From the NCBI GenBank assembly GCA_965644295.1, contig CBFFRP010000185.1, forward strand, positions 1-64,000: DNA of 64,000 nt. The letters run 5' to 3'. The notes under the pieces are model-generated. The model was not told the DNA's origin. It searched no databases and worked only from the letters and a program-made list of their open reading frames with translations. The position numbers and the translations under genes were made by a program. Of the stretch, positions 32,673 to 47,427 are shown piece by piece (within the stretch, counting starts at the first letter, position 1; the number at the start of each line of letters is the position of its first letter). The DNA comes from Paraphysomonas bandaiensis. Its lineage: Eukaryota; Protista; Chrysophyceae.

Positions 32673-35600
32673 ATGAGCGACGCAGCATTTACCCCTACTG
32701 AGCAAGACATTACCGACTATGAGGCGCTGAAACCGGAGCTTCTGAGGCAGTTACGTAAAGGTAGTGTTGAGATGTGCAAACTCTGACTATGGATAATATT
32801 CTACAGGGAAAATATTCCAAGCACAACACTGTTATGGCCATGTGGGACTAGTCAATCAAGGTGCAACATGCTATCTAAATTCCTTGTTGCAGTCCTTGTT
32901 TCACATCCCCGGCTTTCGAAATTTTATCCTGACCACAGACAGTAATGGAAAAGTAATTAATGCACTCAAACGACTCTTTGCTATGCTATCTCTCTCAGAA
33001 GACTGTGCAGTTAGTACCAGAGAGCTTACAACTGCTTTTGGATGGTCGAATTCCGACGTGTTCGACCAGCATGATGTGCAAGAGCTCTTCTGCTCCATGA
33101 CTGATGCCCTCAGCCAAGAGTGTGCAGAATTAGATACATTCTTTTCCGAAAGTTTTAAGGCCAATCTTAAAGGTATCGAGTGTGTGATACATGCATTGCT
33201 TGTTAATTCAATTTATATAGATATTTTGGAATGTCCGTCGTGTGGCTTTAAGAAAGAGTCTGCCACCACGTATCAAGACATTCCGTTACACCTCCCTCAA
33301 AGATCCCCAGAAGATGAGGCAAAAGGCCTTATATTATCAGATCTTCTGTCAAACATCTCGGAACCAGAAGTGCTCGACGAAAATAATTTGTGGACTTGCT
33401 CGCAGTGCTCCGATAAAGTTCAAGCCAAGAAAGCCACACACCTCGAGTCCCTCCCCTCAACCCTTTTCCTTCATGTTAAGCGACTCAGTTATGACAATGT
33501 ACGTTTGCATTAGCGATATTATAATATTTATAATCGTACGCATTGTTACAGGCTACGCAGCAGAGAAAAAAAATTCTATCCCCCGTATACTTTCCTCAGA
33601 TCCTGTCTGGGAAGTCTATTAAACCCGATGATGCGGCTGAAGACTACAAACTACGTGCTGTGCTTGTGCACAGTGGAACCGCTTCGGGTGGACACTATAA
33701 AGCTTATATTCAGTCAAAAGGCACCTGGTTTGAATACGATGACAGCACCGTATCGGAACTCTCCAAGGAGGACGAACAGAAACTATTTTGGTTCAGTAAG
33801 CCCGATGATGTAAATGAGAATGCGCCAGACTCTTCTGACTTTATAATGAAAGGCTTCTCTGTCTACGAGGGAGCTTATATGCTTTTATATCAACGTGATA
33901 GCAAAACGCTTGCTGATGAGGAAAACACAGCTGTTTCCATTCCTTCGGAGCTCGTGGATCAAGTAAAGTCTGCCAACGACCATTTGAACCAACTCAAAAA
34001 GGCTTATGAAGTCCACAAGCTTATGACTGAAGTAAGGTGTTTCAAAATCGTCGCGGATATGGGTAGTCATGTTAAGGCAAATAACATTGCACTTCCACCT
34101 ACAACATCCTATATCATTGGTTCCAAATCATTAGACGATGCGAAGCAGATTGTATATGACTCTTTTGTGCGAAGTGGAGTGATAGATACATCCACGACCG
34201 ACATGTCGATGTGTCGTTTACGAAGATACAACCCTTCTTCTCGTGTGGTTGGAGAAACATTCACCAACCGTGAGAGTTCATCCCTTGCTTCTCTCGGTCT
34301 CTCTCCTCTCTGCTCTCTTGCCTTGGAGGTTCTTTCTCCGGGAGGCACTTTCGCAGATTTTAACCCGAAAGAGGTAGAAGTTAGACTCCTCGAGTGGAAG
34401 GACAACAAACTTCCAACCCCTGACGATGAAGTTGCCGATGTGTTTGTCACAGTTGCTGGAGAGGAAAATGCCACTGTAGGTGCACTACGTAACAAAACCG
34501 CAGAAGTATTTAGTGTGTCCGAGGCGGACAGAGTTGTATTGGCGACAATGGATAGCAAATCGCACTATGTTGAACTGGGTGACGACTCTGCGATTCTCTC
34601 TACCGATTGCAGAGTACATTCTGGCGATGATGTCGTGGTGCACATATTACCTGATGGACAATCGCGCATTGGTGGCAGAGGTGAAGAAGTATTGAAGGCA
34701 CTCGAAGCACAGAAGAGGAACATACGTATATCATTTAATTCTCTTGAAGAGAAACAGACTGAAGGCGATGATATTGCCACTGTAACCTACGATCGATCGC
34801 TGACAACTTCACTTGATAATACTCTTGGCGACCTGAAGAAGATTATTGCCTCCGAACTAGGTGTTTCTGTTGATAGCTTCTTCTTGCGCCGCAACGCGAA
34901 CGCCCCACAACTAAAGAAGCTCAATAAAACATTAGATGATCTTGGATTTGTGGACCTTAGTGTTATTCACGTCCAGGTACTGTGCTTGTTATTGTTATTG
35001 TGCAGTCTAACGAAGTTCTTCAGGCTGGTCGCCAGGTTGCTCCGGGTGAGCATGTAGTCGTCTGCGAGGTTGATTTAGTTCATGACAACACAGACTGGAA
35101 AGTTACTCCAGAAAAAAGTAGTCTGACAGTTGGTGATTTTGTGGTAAAGGAACGCATGACTGTGGCGCACCTGAAGGAACAACTACTGGCTAAGTGGGAC
35201 GAACTTGTAGGAGACCAGAAAAGTGTTGTTGGTACACCTCAGTCTGTTAACCACATTCGTGTACGTGATGGACAGACTGGTGTACAGTCTGGTCCTCTTA
35301 GAGATAACAGAATCCTTGGTAGATGCTTAGTGGGGCTAGCGGATGGACGGAAGATTATTATTCAGGTTCTTCCAGAGGCCGAAGTTATTGGCCCAGACCA
35401 CCTCTATATTTCTGCACGACTCATGTCTTTTCAAGACAAAGTTATCTCTCGGCCTTTGAGTATGCTTCTCCCCCGTGGACTTACAGTTCAAGACCTCTAT
35501 AAACTTTTGTTGGAAAAATATCCCTCGATTGGAGAAGAGAAATCTACTCCCGACCCCGCTGATCCTCTACATGAGGTGTATTCCGATTTTCCAGAGTGTA

Positions 35601-36160
35601 GCATTATATCTGTTGCCAAGGCTTATAACTCTGGACCACCACTGACTATGAAATCTTCTCTTAAATTGAAGTGGAATGATATGTCAATTGTGAAGGAACC
35701 GACATCTGCCGTGGACAAACCTCCATTCAACCTACGAGATGGATCTGTACTTGTAGTACGCAACGTGGCTGACTTTGAACGCGCCCGTGAAGCTGCTCGC
35801 GCCCGAGTCGCGGAGAGACCTTCGTCAGCAGCTGACTCCCCAATGCGTGGGAGGCTCCGTCCAGGTAGTCGCGCTAGATCCCGTGGTGGCCGTCGAGAGA
35901 AGGCGGTTACTATCAACCCGGGCACTGAAAATATTGCCAATGGTGCCGCTCCCCCCCCTCCAGATCCAAGCCCAACCAAAAAAGAGCAGGGTGGTATCGC
36001 ATCTGTTGAAGGCACAGGTGGTGTTCTCAGATCTCCCAGGATGGATATTAACGATGGCTCGACTGATGCAAAAAATGGTCTAGAGCTTCCTAACGCACCT
36101 GTTAGAGTTGTGAAAGTACTTCGCTCTCCTCGACCTGGGGAAGAAGAGGCGCAGCTATGA
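32673..36160 (+). CDS. Ubiquitin carboxyl-terminal hydrolase (USP40/USP47-like) with C-terminal ubiquitin-like folds
   Basis: Cys box GLVNQGATCYLNSLLQSL, QHDVQE, His box VHSGTASGGHYKAYI...WFEYDD. Four short introns at about 32761-32806, 33173-33220, 33499-33551 and 34977-35023. Confidence 0.92.
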
Positions 36161-36550
36161 CCAATTCTAGCACTCAGAGAAATATAACTGCTCTCCTCTG
36201 TCACGCTGTTAGTATTGACAGGTATTGCATGTTCCGAATTAATGTTGCAGTATATTTCAGTGTCTGTGTTGTAAGCGCCTGACACAGAGTGTGTGTGGCA
36301 CGTAGTATGTAGAATATATCTATGTAATAAATATTCTTCGTCGAAGTATATTTCTGTATATTTTTTGTATATAGTTTAGTTAACACGCTGTTCGAAGCTA
36401 GCCCTTTTGAGAAGTCCTATTACTAGTATTCTATGATAGTGTAGCAAGACTGTATCTGTATCAGCATTTGGCATTAGGATGGTTGAACGTATGTAACATA
36501 ACTTTGAACTCACTCAATAATCAATTACTAAAATTATAATCACCATCTCT

Positions 36551-38480
36551 CAGGGCTGCGCAACAATTAATTGCAATTTAAATGCCAACTATTGTCTAAA
36601 TAAATTAGATACTAATTACAAGTACGAATAGCATCTTCAACTGTTTACTGTTTTTGCATTCCACAGATGCCTATTAACTATTAACTATTAAAGCGCAAGA
36701 GCATAAGGGTCTCGAATTGATGAGGTACCATGAATTTTCGTAGAGTACTCATGTTGATTTTTGCTCTGCTGAAAAGCCTTTCTACTCAACTTGTAGTGGA
36801 GTAAATATACATCAAGCACGGTACTTAGTTGCTTTAGTCGTGCGTAGTCGCTTTTGTTATTGGCGTGCTTGGTGCCTTCTCATCAGTGAGTCAGCACCAT
36901 CATCTTATTTTTCTTCTTCATCAGTTCTGTCCAACAGAAATTGTTTGAGCTGCGCCCTCTCAGGTCCAGTGAGGGTGTCCTCCAAACCGCTTTGGACTTT
37001 CACAATAGCATTTTCGAAGGTCTGATTCATAATTATGTCTTCAATCACAGCAAGGTTGAGGCTAGTACCAGGGAATTTCTGAATTACGCTATGGAATAAG
37101 ATATGCACATCACTAAGATCGGCCTGTTTGGCGCCATCCTTCTGGAGAATTATAGAAGCGTTTTCAAACTCTCTTAACTCCGCTGTCAAGCGATCTAATT
37201 TAGCTTGTGTTACTGCATTAGGGATTAATTCGTTGACTTCATTGCCAAAATTGCACCAGCCCTTGGTGGTTGCGGCGACGCACAAGCAGCTTCTGTAGCG
37301 CTAAATAGTAGGATAATAGAATTTGTGTTGATTAGTTATGGGTAGAGGTCTAACTAGTAGATCTAGCATATACCACTATAGCCACTAGATCGGAACGAGG
37401 TTTTAACGCCTATTGCTAAATAAAAGACTTTCAATATATATATATATATATGCACCAGCCCAGATCTCTACCAACTACAAATAAATATCTTTAGAGCATG
37501 GTATATATAGAGCCCCATATATAAGAAGTCTGATTATTACATAGGAACGGTTGGGTACAGAAACTAGTATTATGTCTATAGGCTGACTAAAATATAGAAC
37601 CCCATCATTCCTCACAAGAGCAAATGGCAAGTCATGTTTCCTCAATATTTGCTTGCATTTTTAAGAGTGTGGGAGCTGTTTGCACAATTTAGTAATTATA
37701 TGCTATCAATCAACCCACAATATAGAAGCACGGCTAAGATCAGTTTGTGTGGAGCGCATCCTATATAATCAAAGGCACAATTTCGTCAATCTTCAGGCCA
37801 AGAAGTCCGGCTAACTTTGGATTCATACGGGTATTGTCTCCAGAGAGAATTTTCAATACTCTAAAAATTACACCCTACCAATTCAAGCTTGTCCAGCAGG
37901 TAGTCACCAAGTGATTCAGCCGAAAAATCAATGTTATCATCGTCCTGATCTTCGTCTTGGACACCACAGCAAAGCAACATTTTTGGAACAACTTTATTTT
38001 TATCACACCACACAGCAAACATTGCAATCATTCTCTAGCACATGTCCAACCACCATGAACTACACCACCATAAACACACTTATGATATTTTAGCTTGTTT
38101 ATTGTCTCAGATGACTTCCTTAGAGTTTTCTGATCTTCACGTAGACAACACTTCTTTTGATGCTTCTCATAAATGTCACCACACTAATATTTCGTAAATA
38201 TATTAGCCGTTTGGTCACCAATACTATTATAATACAGTGTCTACATGTTCTCTCACTACTTGATGATATATGATCGATATCAAGTTACATATTAGTTGCT
38301 GGGATCCATTTGCAGAGGGAGCGGTCGTATCAAACATGTATTCTGTATTAGTTCCAGTGTTGTACTCATTCTGGTTTTCGACTCCAATCACACGTTTTCG
38401 TGGTGATCTGGGTTCTGGGGGACAATTACAGGAATTATTTATCCGGACAACTAACTTGAGCCACATATATAGTCAGCAGA
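36551..38480 (-). mobile_element. Degenerate hAT-type transposon, interrupted by an LTR-like fragment
   Basis: Broken frames give VVHGGWTC (degenerate DGW), LLCCGVQD...DFSAESLGDY, IGCAPHKLILAV (CxxH motif), FENAIVKVQSG and RLFSRAK. The terminus cagggctgcgcaacaattaattg at 36551 resembles caggcttgcgtaacaattaattg at 50193. Confidence 0.75.
37262..37430 (+). repeat. Fragment of the LTR-like repeat family nested in the hAT remnant
   Basis: cttggtg...acgcacaagcagcttctgtagcgctaaatagtaggat and acgcctattgctaa match the copies at 30560-30700 and 54900-55030. Confidence 0.65.
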
Positions 38481-39157
38481 TATGATACAAGGGACGCTAA
38501 TATATTTAAAAGTGGGAATCGGGGTGTGACGTGTGTAATGTGAGCGGCTTCTTACTAACTGCAAGGTTGTTATATCTACGTACGTAATTGTTGTTTCATA
38601 AAGTCAAAGTCGTAATAGAGGTCAAAGACATAAAGTAAATAACAATATTATTATAACATTATAACATGTCAAGTTATGACACAATTGGATGATTTACTTA
38701 GTTAACTGGACGTTTATTTACTCATTAAACAAGTTAAGACTAGGGAAGATTATAATAAGTAAGATCTTATATCGTCACTATCTTCTTGTATGGTCAATAT
38801 ATATTCAGTTCTCATTAATTCTCATAATACAGTTACCGCCATAATTCCAATATCTTAGAATTACAGCTTTTAATTGCTTAAACAGCAAAACTCAACATAA
38901 CAGTTGTTATCTAATTATTGAGTGATATCCTATATGTCCCTGCTATAAGTATTCTTTAGAAAGAGCGACCGTATTCTCATATAGCTGCAATAGAGTACAC
39001 CAAATGATATTGTCCGGATAAGAGTTTGCAAAAAAACAACAAATATATTTTTTGAAAGACTATGTACTGTTATTAAATACTATAATACCCAGAAAATATA
39101 CATGTAACACAGCCCTACATACAATTACATCTCAATCATACGGTTGCGGTGGTTTTC

Positions 39158-40552
<1,395 letters not shown>

Positions 40553-40853
40553 TCACTGCCAGATTGCTCTTTGCATGAAATTAAAACCGTCATTAATGCA
40601 ATCTTGAAGGGACACTTAATCTTTGAGGGTCACTCATTTTTCAGTTTGGGTAGTATGTCAGAATTTGCTCATATGAGTGCTGCTGCTGATGGGGATGAAC
40701 AACTTTGTGGGTCGATGAATTCTCCATACATCAATACACACACACACTGATAGAATTGCTTGATACGCTGAGAGTGTAATTGTTTAATGACATTATTGAA
40801 TCCACATACTGTCAGAAACGACAAATTTATTGTATTTGTGCTGTCAGTTTGAA

Positions 40854-43212
40854 ATGGCTGCATTAGGTATGCATCCCCCTATATCGCTCGAGCATCCCAC
40901 CCCTACAGAGCTGCTGGCAACATCATCACTAGAGAAGTACTTAACCCTCAGTAATGTATATGAGAGCCCGGAGGGTCAGTCGAAGCGAGACAACATTCTT
41001 AGAGTATTACAGCAGATGGTTAGGGATTGGGTCAGTGATGTAGGTAGAAGTAGAAATATAGCAGATGATGATCTAGCGGGCGGTGCTGGGGCTCTATTGA
41101 AGGTGTTTGGCTCACAGAGGCTGGGTGTACATACCCCGGAATCTGACATCGATGTCTTATGTATTGCGCCTTCGTTTGTAACTCGGTATGATTTCTTTGA
41201 ATCATTTTGCGAAGTGCTAAAGAGCCACGATGACGTTACCCTTCTTTTACCTCTACCAGAAGCTTACACTCCAGTTCTGAAGTTTAATCTCTCTGATCAA
41301 CCAATTGATATGATATTTGTTTCTGTTGCCTTATCCAAAATACCAGATGATTTTGATGTTCTTGATAATAAATATTTGAGGCGGCTAGACGAGCAAGGAG
41401 TGAGAAGTTTAAATGGGTGTCGTGTAGCAGAGCGTTTACTTCAATTAGTTCCCAATGTAGAAGCGTATTGTACAACACTTCGGGCTGTTAAACATTGGGC
41501 TCGTCGACGAGGTATCTATGCAAACGTATTGGGTTTTCTAGGTGGCGTCAACTTTGCTATACTTGTTGCATTCGTATGCCAGGTGTACGTTAACGCATGC
41601 CCATCTATACTCCTCAACAAGTTCTTCAAACTATACTTCCAATGGCAGTGGCCACGTCCTATTATGTTGACCTTCACAGAGGACATTCCTGAGTTAGAAG
41701 GAGTTTATATGCCCTCTTGGAACCCCAAGGTGTATCCAACTGACAGACAGGCTTTAATGCCAATCATTACCCCTTGTCCTCCGGCAATGAATTCTGCGTA
41801 CAACTGTGGAATGCCTCAATTTCGAGCAATACAGGTTTGTTTAACAAATAATTTTGGAATGCCCTGGTTATTCTGAAACTTAATTGTATCTCCTATATTT
41901 GGTTTGCTGCGTGTAAATTTGTGAAGGCTATAATTGTGTTGTCGGGTTAAATACATCATCTAACCAGAAATTGTTTTCACAGCGAGAAGTTAAGCGTGGT
42001 CACTGTTTGTTCGAGGGATGGGAAACTGCCATCGCGACTCGCCAAATGGCTTCCAATTGTATACCTTGGCCTGAGCTGTTTGCTCCGTCTAACGAGGAGT
42101 TTTTCAAACGGTTCCCGCGATATATACAGATCGATGTCACAGCTGACACGGCTGATGACCACCGGCTTTGGTGAGTGCACATATAGCTCATATTTGTGTA
42201 ATAATCATTTTTTATGTGTTAGGTTTGGATGGTGCGAGTCAAGACTACGACAACTTTTAGTATCACTGGATCAGGTATCGTGAAATTTCAATCTCTTCAT
42301 CTCATTGACATCGTTTCTCAGCCGCAAAGGGTGTTTTGTCATCCGTATGCGAACTGTTTCCACCGTCCAACTGATGGCGGGGAAGCTGATGACGGAGAAC
42401 CTTTCTGCTCTACATTCTTTGTAGGGCTTTCTTTTCCTGACGGCCTAAGGAGGATTGATCTTACTCCCACAATACAGGTACACATTGATATGCATATTGG
42501 AATTGCATGAATTGAATATGTATACTCCTTGCCACTCGTGAATAGCGCATGCATAATATTTGGAAAACAGAATTTCTTAATGCGAGTTTGCTCTTGGATT
42601 GGAAAAACGGATCGTATGGATCTCCAAATAAAGGTATATATACTTTCTCCTTGATGAAGTCCTGTCTTTGTTTACTTAGTTTTGTACCTGATGTAGGGAA
42701 TGTTAAAGAAAGATGTTCCGGATTTTGTGAAGGACTGCGAATCACACCCATCATCTACCACGGACTGTACCCCTGGTAAGGTTAAACGCAACCGCGATAT
42801 TAGCTCCAATAGCACACTGAGTGCTAGTAGCAATGCTCCTCGCAGTGATTCGTGTTCTCCTCGACCCTCAACTCCAACTGGATCAGGAGAAAAAGAGGTA
42901 CACCCCGAAGAACAGGAAACATTCTCTCCTATTTCTTACGAGGAATCGCAGGATGGAAGATGGGGGACATATTGCGGCACGCATAGTTCCCCACAGTCCC
43001 CCATGGTAGAGGGATTTAGCCAAGATTCCCCCACTCAGGCTGAGGACCACAGCCCTCTACCGGCAAATGGAATTGCTGGTAATATGGACGACACTTCCTT
43101 TGCCAGTGACGTTGGCATTAGTATAGATACGACTTCTGGTGCTGTACCTGCAGCTCTGGACCCAAAGTATATGAATACATCTCCAGCCAAAAGAAGTCGA
43201 CCGAATAACTAA
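40854..43212 (+). CDS. PAP: Canonical nuclear poly(A) polymerase
   Basis: FGSQRLGVHTPESDID, RSLNGCRV, KHWARRRGIYANVLGFLGG, MPIITP..PAMNS, WFGWCESRLRQL. About five introns and a Ser/Pro-rich C-terminus. Confidence 0.93.
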
Positions 43213-44348
43213 AGCTTAAACATCATTGCGATTTCTGTTACGATTGATATAATTCTATTATCATGCATGTGGAGCACATTAATAGATGTATAATTTTCTT
43301 TGGATTATTGTACATGCGCATATAGTCGTACATCTTGTACACCTTGCTGAAGTGAAGTTTGTACAACGGCGAATAATAGAAGCCCTAGAGTTTGCTGTAA
43401 TAAGTTGTTGTATTTGTAATAATTGAACAGCACATTTTGTATTCTTAGGTGTTTGTTTTGGCCCTTTCGTCAGTATACATTATACATATTCGCTTCGAAG
43501 AAGTAGTATAACAAATTCGCAAATAGCACATTATTTACTATTTATTATCCAAGGTATTTTGTGCAAACTTACTAAACTATACCTTAAGACAATGTATACC
43601 TACAACCTTGCACTCAGAGTGAAAAATCTGCATGTAGCTTAGCTAGTAGTCATACTGTCATTCATTACTACTGTTATTATGGACGAGACACCTACGGGTA
43701 GTTGCAGGAGGAATCCAGGATCCATTTAGTCAATACGCCCAACAAAATACTGATTAAAATATAGGATCAGATTAGTAAAGTCGGTGGACTTGATGAGCTA
43801 GGAATGAGCATCCCTCTCGTGGGGGATCATCAACAGAGACAACATATTCTTAGGCTCTGTCAGTGCACAAGAATGAGCATCTAGTGCTTCACCTACACCA
43901 TTCACTGATCGCTCTACTGCAGCCCTGCTGCTTCAGAAGTCGATTTAGAGGTCATATCATTGCTAGCAGAGGTTGAGGGTTGAGGGTTGAGGTAATACCC
44001 TGTGCTTCAGTGTCAACGCTGTCGTTCACTGGAGTGAGGCAAAGCATAACATGCCATGATGGGGATACACACGCTCTTTTTCTCTGCTATCGAATAAAAA
44101 AACAAGCAGAGAGTATGAACGAGTTTCATTGGATAGATTTAAACTTCACAGCAATAAAAAACACGGACAGCAACACGAATCCGGTTCCCTCTATTTTATT
44201 GGTCCAGTGCTAAAGCTAGTTCCCCAATCAGTGACGAAGACAGTGAAGACTTCATACGATCCTGATATGATCCACTTCGACATCCAGTGGCTTGTATACA
44301 CACTATTCCGTCCCATTAATACATCAGATAGCACTGAAAGCTGAACAT

Positions 44349-45074
44349 ATGAGTGGCGTTATGACTGGGAATAAGCGGAAAAGAGTGGATGTGTCGTCTG
44401 GAACTGAGGGAGCGCCAGATGCGGTCGATATAAGCGAATCGGTGCAGGCTGAACCAGAACCATCAGCCTCAAGCGGCAACTCTCACTATAAGAATCCTCA
44501 GCGGAGCATATTGAGTATATGGCAGTCAAGTGGGGAATCAAAGCGCTATATTCCACCAGCGTCACGTCTGACGCATAAAACCCAATCCACACCGATGCAC
44601 CGTTACCCAACCCACCAAGCACAGCTGCCATCCTCTATGAAACCTTATAATCTGCCATTATATTACAGTAATAATCAGTGCATTGCGGAATGCACGCCGA
44701 CAATTTGTAACGACAAAGTGGTGGCAATGGAACAGGTTTTCCAGGATCAGCTCAAGTCGATGTCCAGCGACCAAAGGAGCAGTGGATTCTCAAGTGACTC
44801 ATCCTCCCCATCTTCGTCATGGAGCTCCCCAGCAATTACTGGGTACCCTCCTACATGTACTTCATCCGTTGATGACAGTGAGTACCTCCCATTTCATATG
44901 TGGATCGTACGACAGAAACTTGGTGGAGAGCGAACCAGTATGGAAGGTCAATATAATTCCACACATTTACCACAGGTGCCTTTGCAGCAGGAGCCTTTAC
45001 AACAGGATCCTTTACGGATGCTTGATAACTCTCCTAGAGGTATACTTAACGAATATGTACAGAAATTTAGATAA
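44349..45074 (+). CDS. Hypothetical Ser/Pro-rich protein with NLS-like KRKR
   Basis: About 240-aa ORF with host-like GC content; no domain recognised. Confidence 0.5.
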   Translation: MSGVMTGNKRKRVDVSSGTEGAPDAVDISESVQAEPEPSASSGNSHYKNPQRSILSIWQSSGESKRYIPPASRLTHKTQSTPMHRYPTHQAQLPSSMKPYNLPLYYSNNQCIAECTPTICNDKVVAMEQVFQDQLKSMSSDQRSSGFSSDSSSPSSSWSSPAITGYPPTCTSSVDDSEYLPFHMWIVRQKLGGERTSMEGQYNSTHLPQVPLQQEPLQQDPLRMLDNSPRGILNEYVQKFR

Positions 45075-46161
45075 CCATAGTCAAGCCTATTAGATTCTAT
45101 GGTGTTCAAACGATGCAGGACCTCCAAAGAAACTGATAATATCAGTGATAGAAACAGTATAGATCGATTATCGCGTTGTTGCGATCCCTGACTAATTGTA
45201 TTGCGGAATTATATCTACCGTATGTGTGAGAGAGTATTACAGCTCCGAGATGCAGATAGATAGAGAATAAATATTCAAACTACTTCCATGACCTCAGTAA
45301 ATCAATTATATGCAGGTGATATCTGAACGAACTTTAGCTCACTAGATTTTTAGAATTTATATACAATATGCATCTCTGTAGGAGCTCTGCGTCAGCGTAT
45401 ATTTATGAAGACTTCAAGTTAAAAGCCTAGTAACAATTTACTTTATAGTATTATCAGCCAAGCTGTACCCATTATTTCCTAAAATTTATCTGTGCTACAG
45501 CGACAGGAGAATAGTAGAAGCTAGTTGTTGTGAGTTGTAGCTTCTTGTGTATTACATTAGCTTGTTGAATATAAATTGTTGTATAACTAAAAAAATATTC
45601 ATTCTCTTCCAAGTTTATGACGAAAGGTAGTTATGTCGCGATTGTGTACATTGCCGTTCCGGTTGCTTTGTTTGTAGAACCATTGCATTAGAGAAATAGC
45701 ATGAACGTTGAGTTTACACACCTCCACAAGTTATCAATATTGAATCGCTAATATGCCAAAGTATAATTTGAATAAAGTAGTATTGATGGCTAACATTGTG
45801 TCAATGCCATTAATAAAATCTTAATCTGACCAGAACAACAATGCAAGTTCCAGTAGTACAATGTCGATACACCGTACAATACAACACCTTTTCAAGTTAC
45901 GTCCTTTACGATTGAGTACCACATTCTATATGACGACCTTTAAAACTAATTTTAACTAAATAGGTGTAAGATTTGTGATATACGTTTATTCTACTTTAGT
46001 GATTGATAAATGATAAATAATGTGCCACAATATATGTATATCACTAGAACCAGTACTTCAATGTTAATGTACGAATTCATTCTATTTCGTTATTACGGAA
46101 TCGTCTTGACAATATGATTTTTATTACCAGACAAACTCATAATTATTGGCTGACATGAAAG

Positions 46162-46974
46162 TTAACATACTGGGCAACGCCTTAGCGTAGGAGCAGTACA
46201 GCGATGACCACCAGAAACAAGGGGCATGTCTCTCCACACAACATCTCCACAATCATTCACCTGCAACTCCGCAGCAACAAACTCAAACGCCTTCTGTTTA
46301 TCGCATTGGTTAGGACTCAGTGGATCCACTAAAGGTATTTCCTCCACAAATATGCGATCGCCGGCCTGCGTGCTTGATGGGGGATCCACGAATTCAACTT
46401 TCCTTTCTCCATTTTCGCCATCTACACTTGCGCATAATACCATGCCATGACTCTTAAACCCTTTAAGATTTCTGGGCTTGAGATTGCATACCACAATTAC
46501 CTTTCGATTTTTCATTTCATCAAGGGTATAATATGGTACCAATCCTGACGCTATCTTTCTCGGTTCTTCTTCCCCGACATCAATGTCCTCGCAGTAAAGT
46601 TTATCAGCGGATGGATGAACAGAAACTTCTCTAATAATTCCCACTCTCAAATCTAAACTATTGACAGTGAGAGACTTTGCGCTTTTAGCTGCTTTCGAAT
46701 TATCACATGACTGCTGCTTGGTATCACTTTTCGACTGCTTCTTAGCTTTCTTGGAAGAGACAACAGGAGCATCATGCTGTGTGGAAGGATTTGTTGATTC
46801 TTCAGATGAGGAGAATGCTAACGAGCATTCAATCTCACCAATAACATCATTCAGCAAAGCTAAAGCAGTTGTGGAGCGGTAATAGTCGGAATTAACAGGC
46901 GGCGAGTCTTGTGGGATATTCATGGACGCCATGATGTCATCAAGCATTGCAATGGCCTTGTGATATCCTGCCAT
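46162..46974 (-). CDS. Arc1p/EMAPII-like tRNA-binding OB-fold protein
   Basis: LDLRVGII...HPSADKLY.E.IDVGE..PR.IASGL...NLKPRNLKGFKSHGMVLCAS. Confidence 0.92.
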   Translation of the reverse strand: MAGYHKAIAMLDDIMASMNIPQDSPPVNSDYYRSTTALALLNDVIGEIECSLAFSSSEESTNPSTQHDAPVVSSKKAKKQSKSDTKQQSCDNSKAAKSAKSLTVNSLDLRVGIIREVSVHPSADKLYCEDIDVGEEEPRKIASGLVPYYTLDEMKNRKVIVVCNLKPRNLKGFKSHGMVLCASVDGENGERKVEFVDPPSSTQAGDRIFVEEIPLVDPLSPNQCDKQKAFEFVAAELQVNDCGDVVWRDMPLVSGGHRCTAPTLRRCPVC

Positions 46975-47427
46975 AGCTAGAATGCAGTGTACAATGAAAC
47001 GCTAAGAGGAGATGGTGTGTTTTAAGATGTTAAGTGGCCAATTACACGATGCCAATCGAGCGATGTCTGTGTGTGCAGATGTTCCACAACCACACCGTAT
47101 AGGTATACAATCTGCCGCATGCTCTACATGCTGTACTGAAACGTACATATATACAGTGCTTGGTAGGTCGGTAGGTACATGTATTACAGTACATTTAATG
47201 GTCAAACTACAGTCAGTTCAACATCTCCCTGTACGATAGAGTTCTGCTCCTATTAATCGCAGCGCCACTGGACTGATGACACAGAGTGAAACTCATTCAA
47301 TAGAGCGATAATTATAGTAACTGGAGAAAGATAACGCGTAGCGATTGCTCTTGAAAATATATGATTCGCTGTTGTAGTTGTTCATGCTGATCAACTCCTC
47401 CGAGTGAAATATTCACCGGGTTAGACT

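Noticed and set aside
43969-43992. (TTGAGGG)3 telomere-like repeat
   Set aside because: Too short, and the host telomere motif is unknown.
47273-47295. Hammerhead-like core CTGATGA...GAAAC
   Set aside because: Stem II lacks the closing pair, and I could not form stem I or a correctly placed UH cleavage site.
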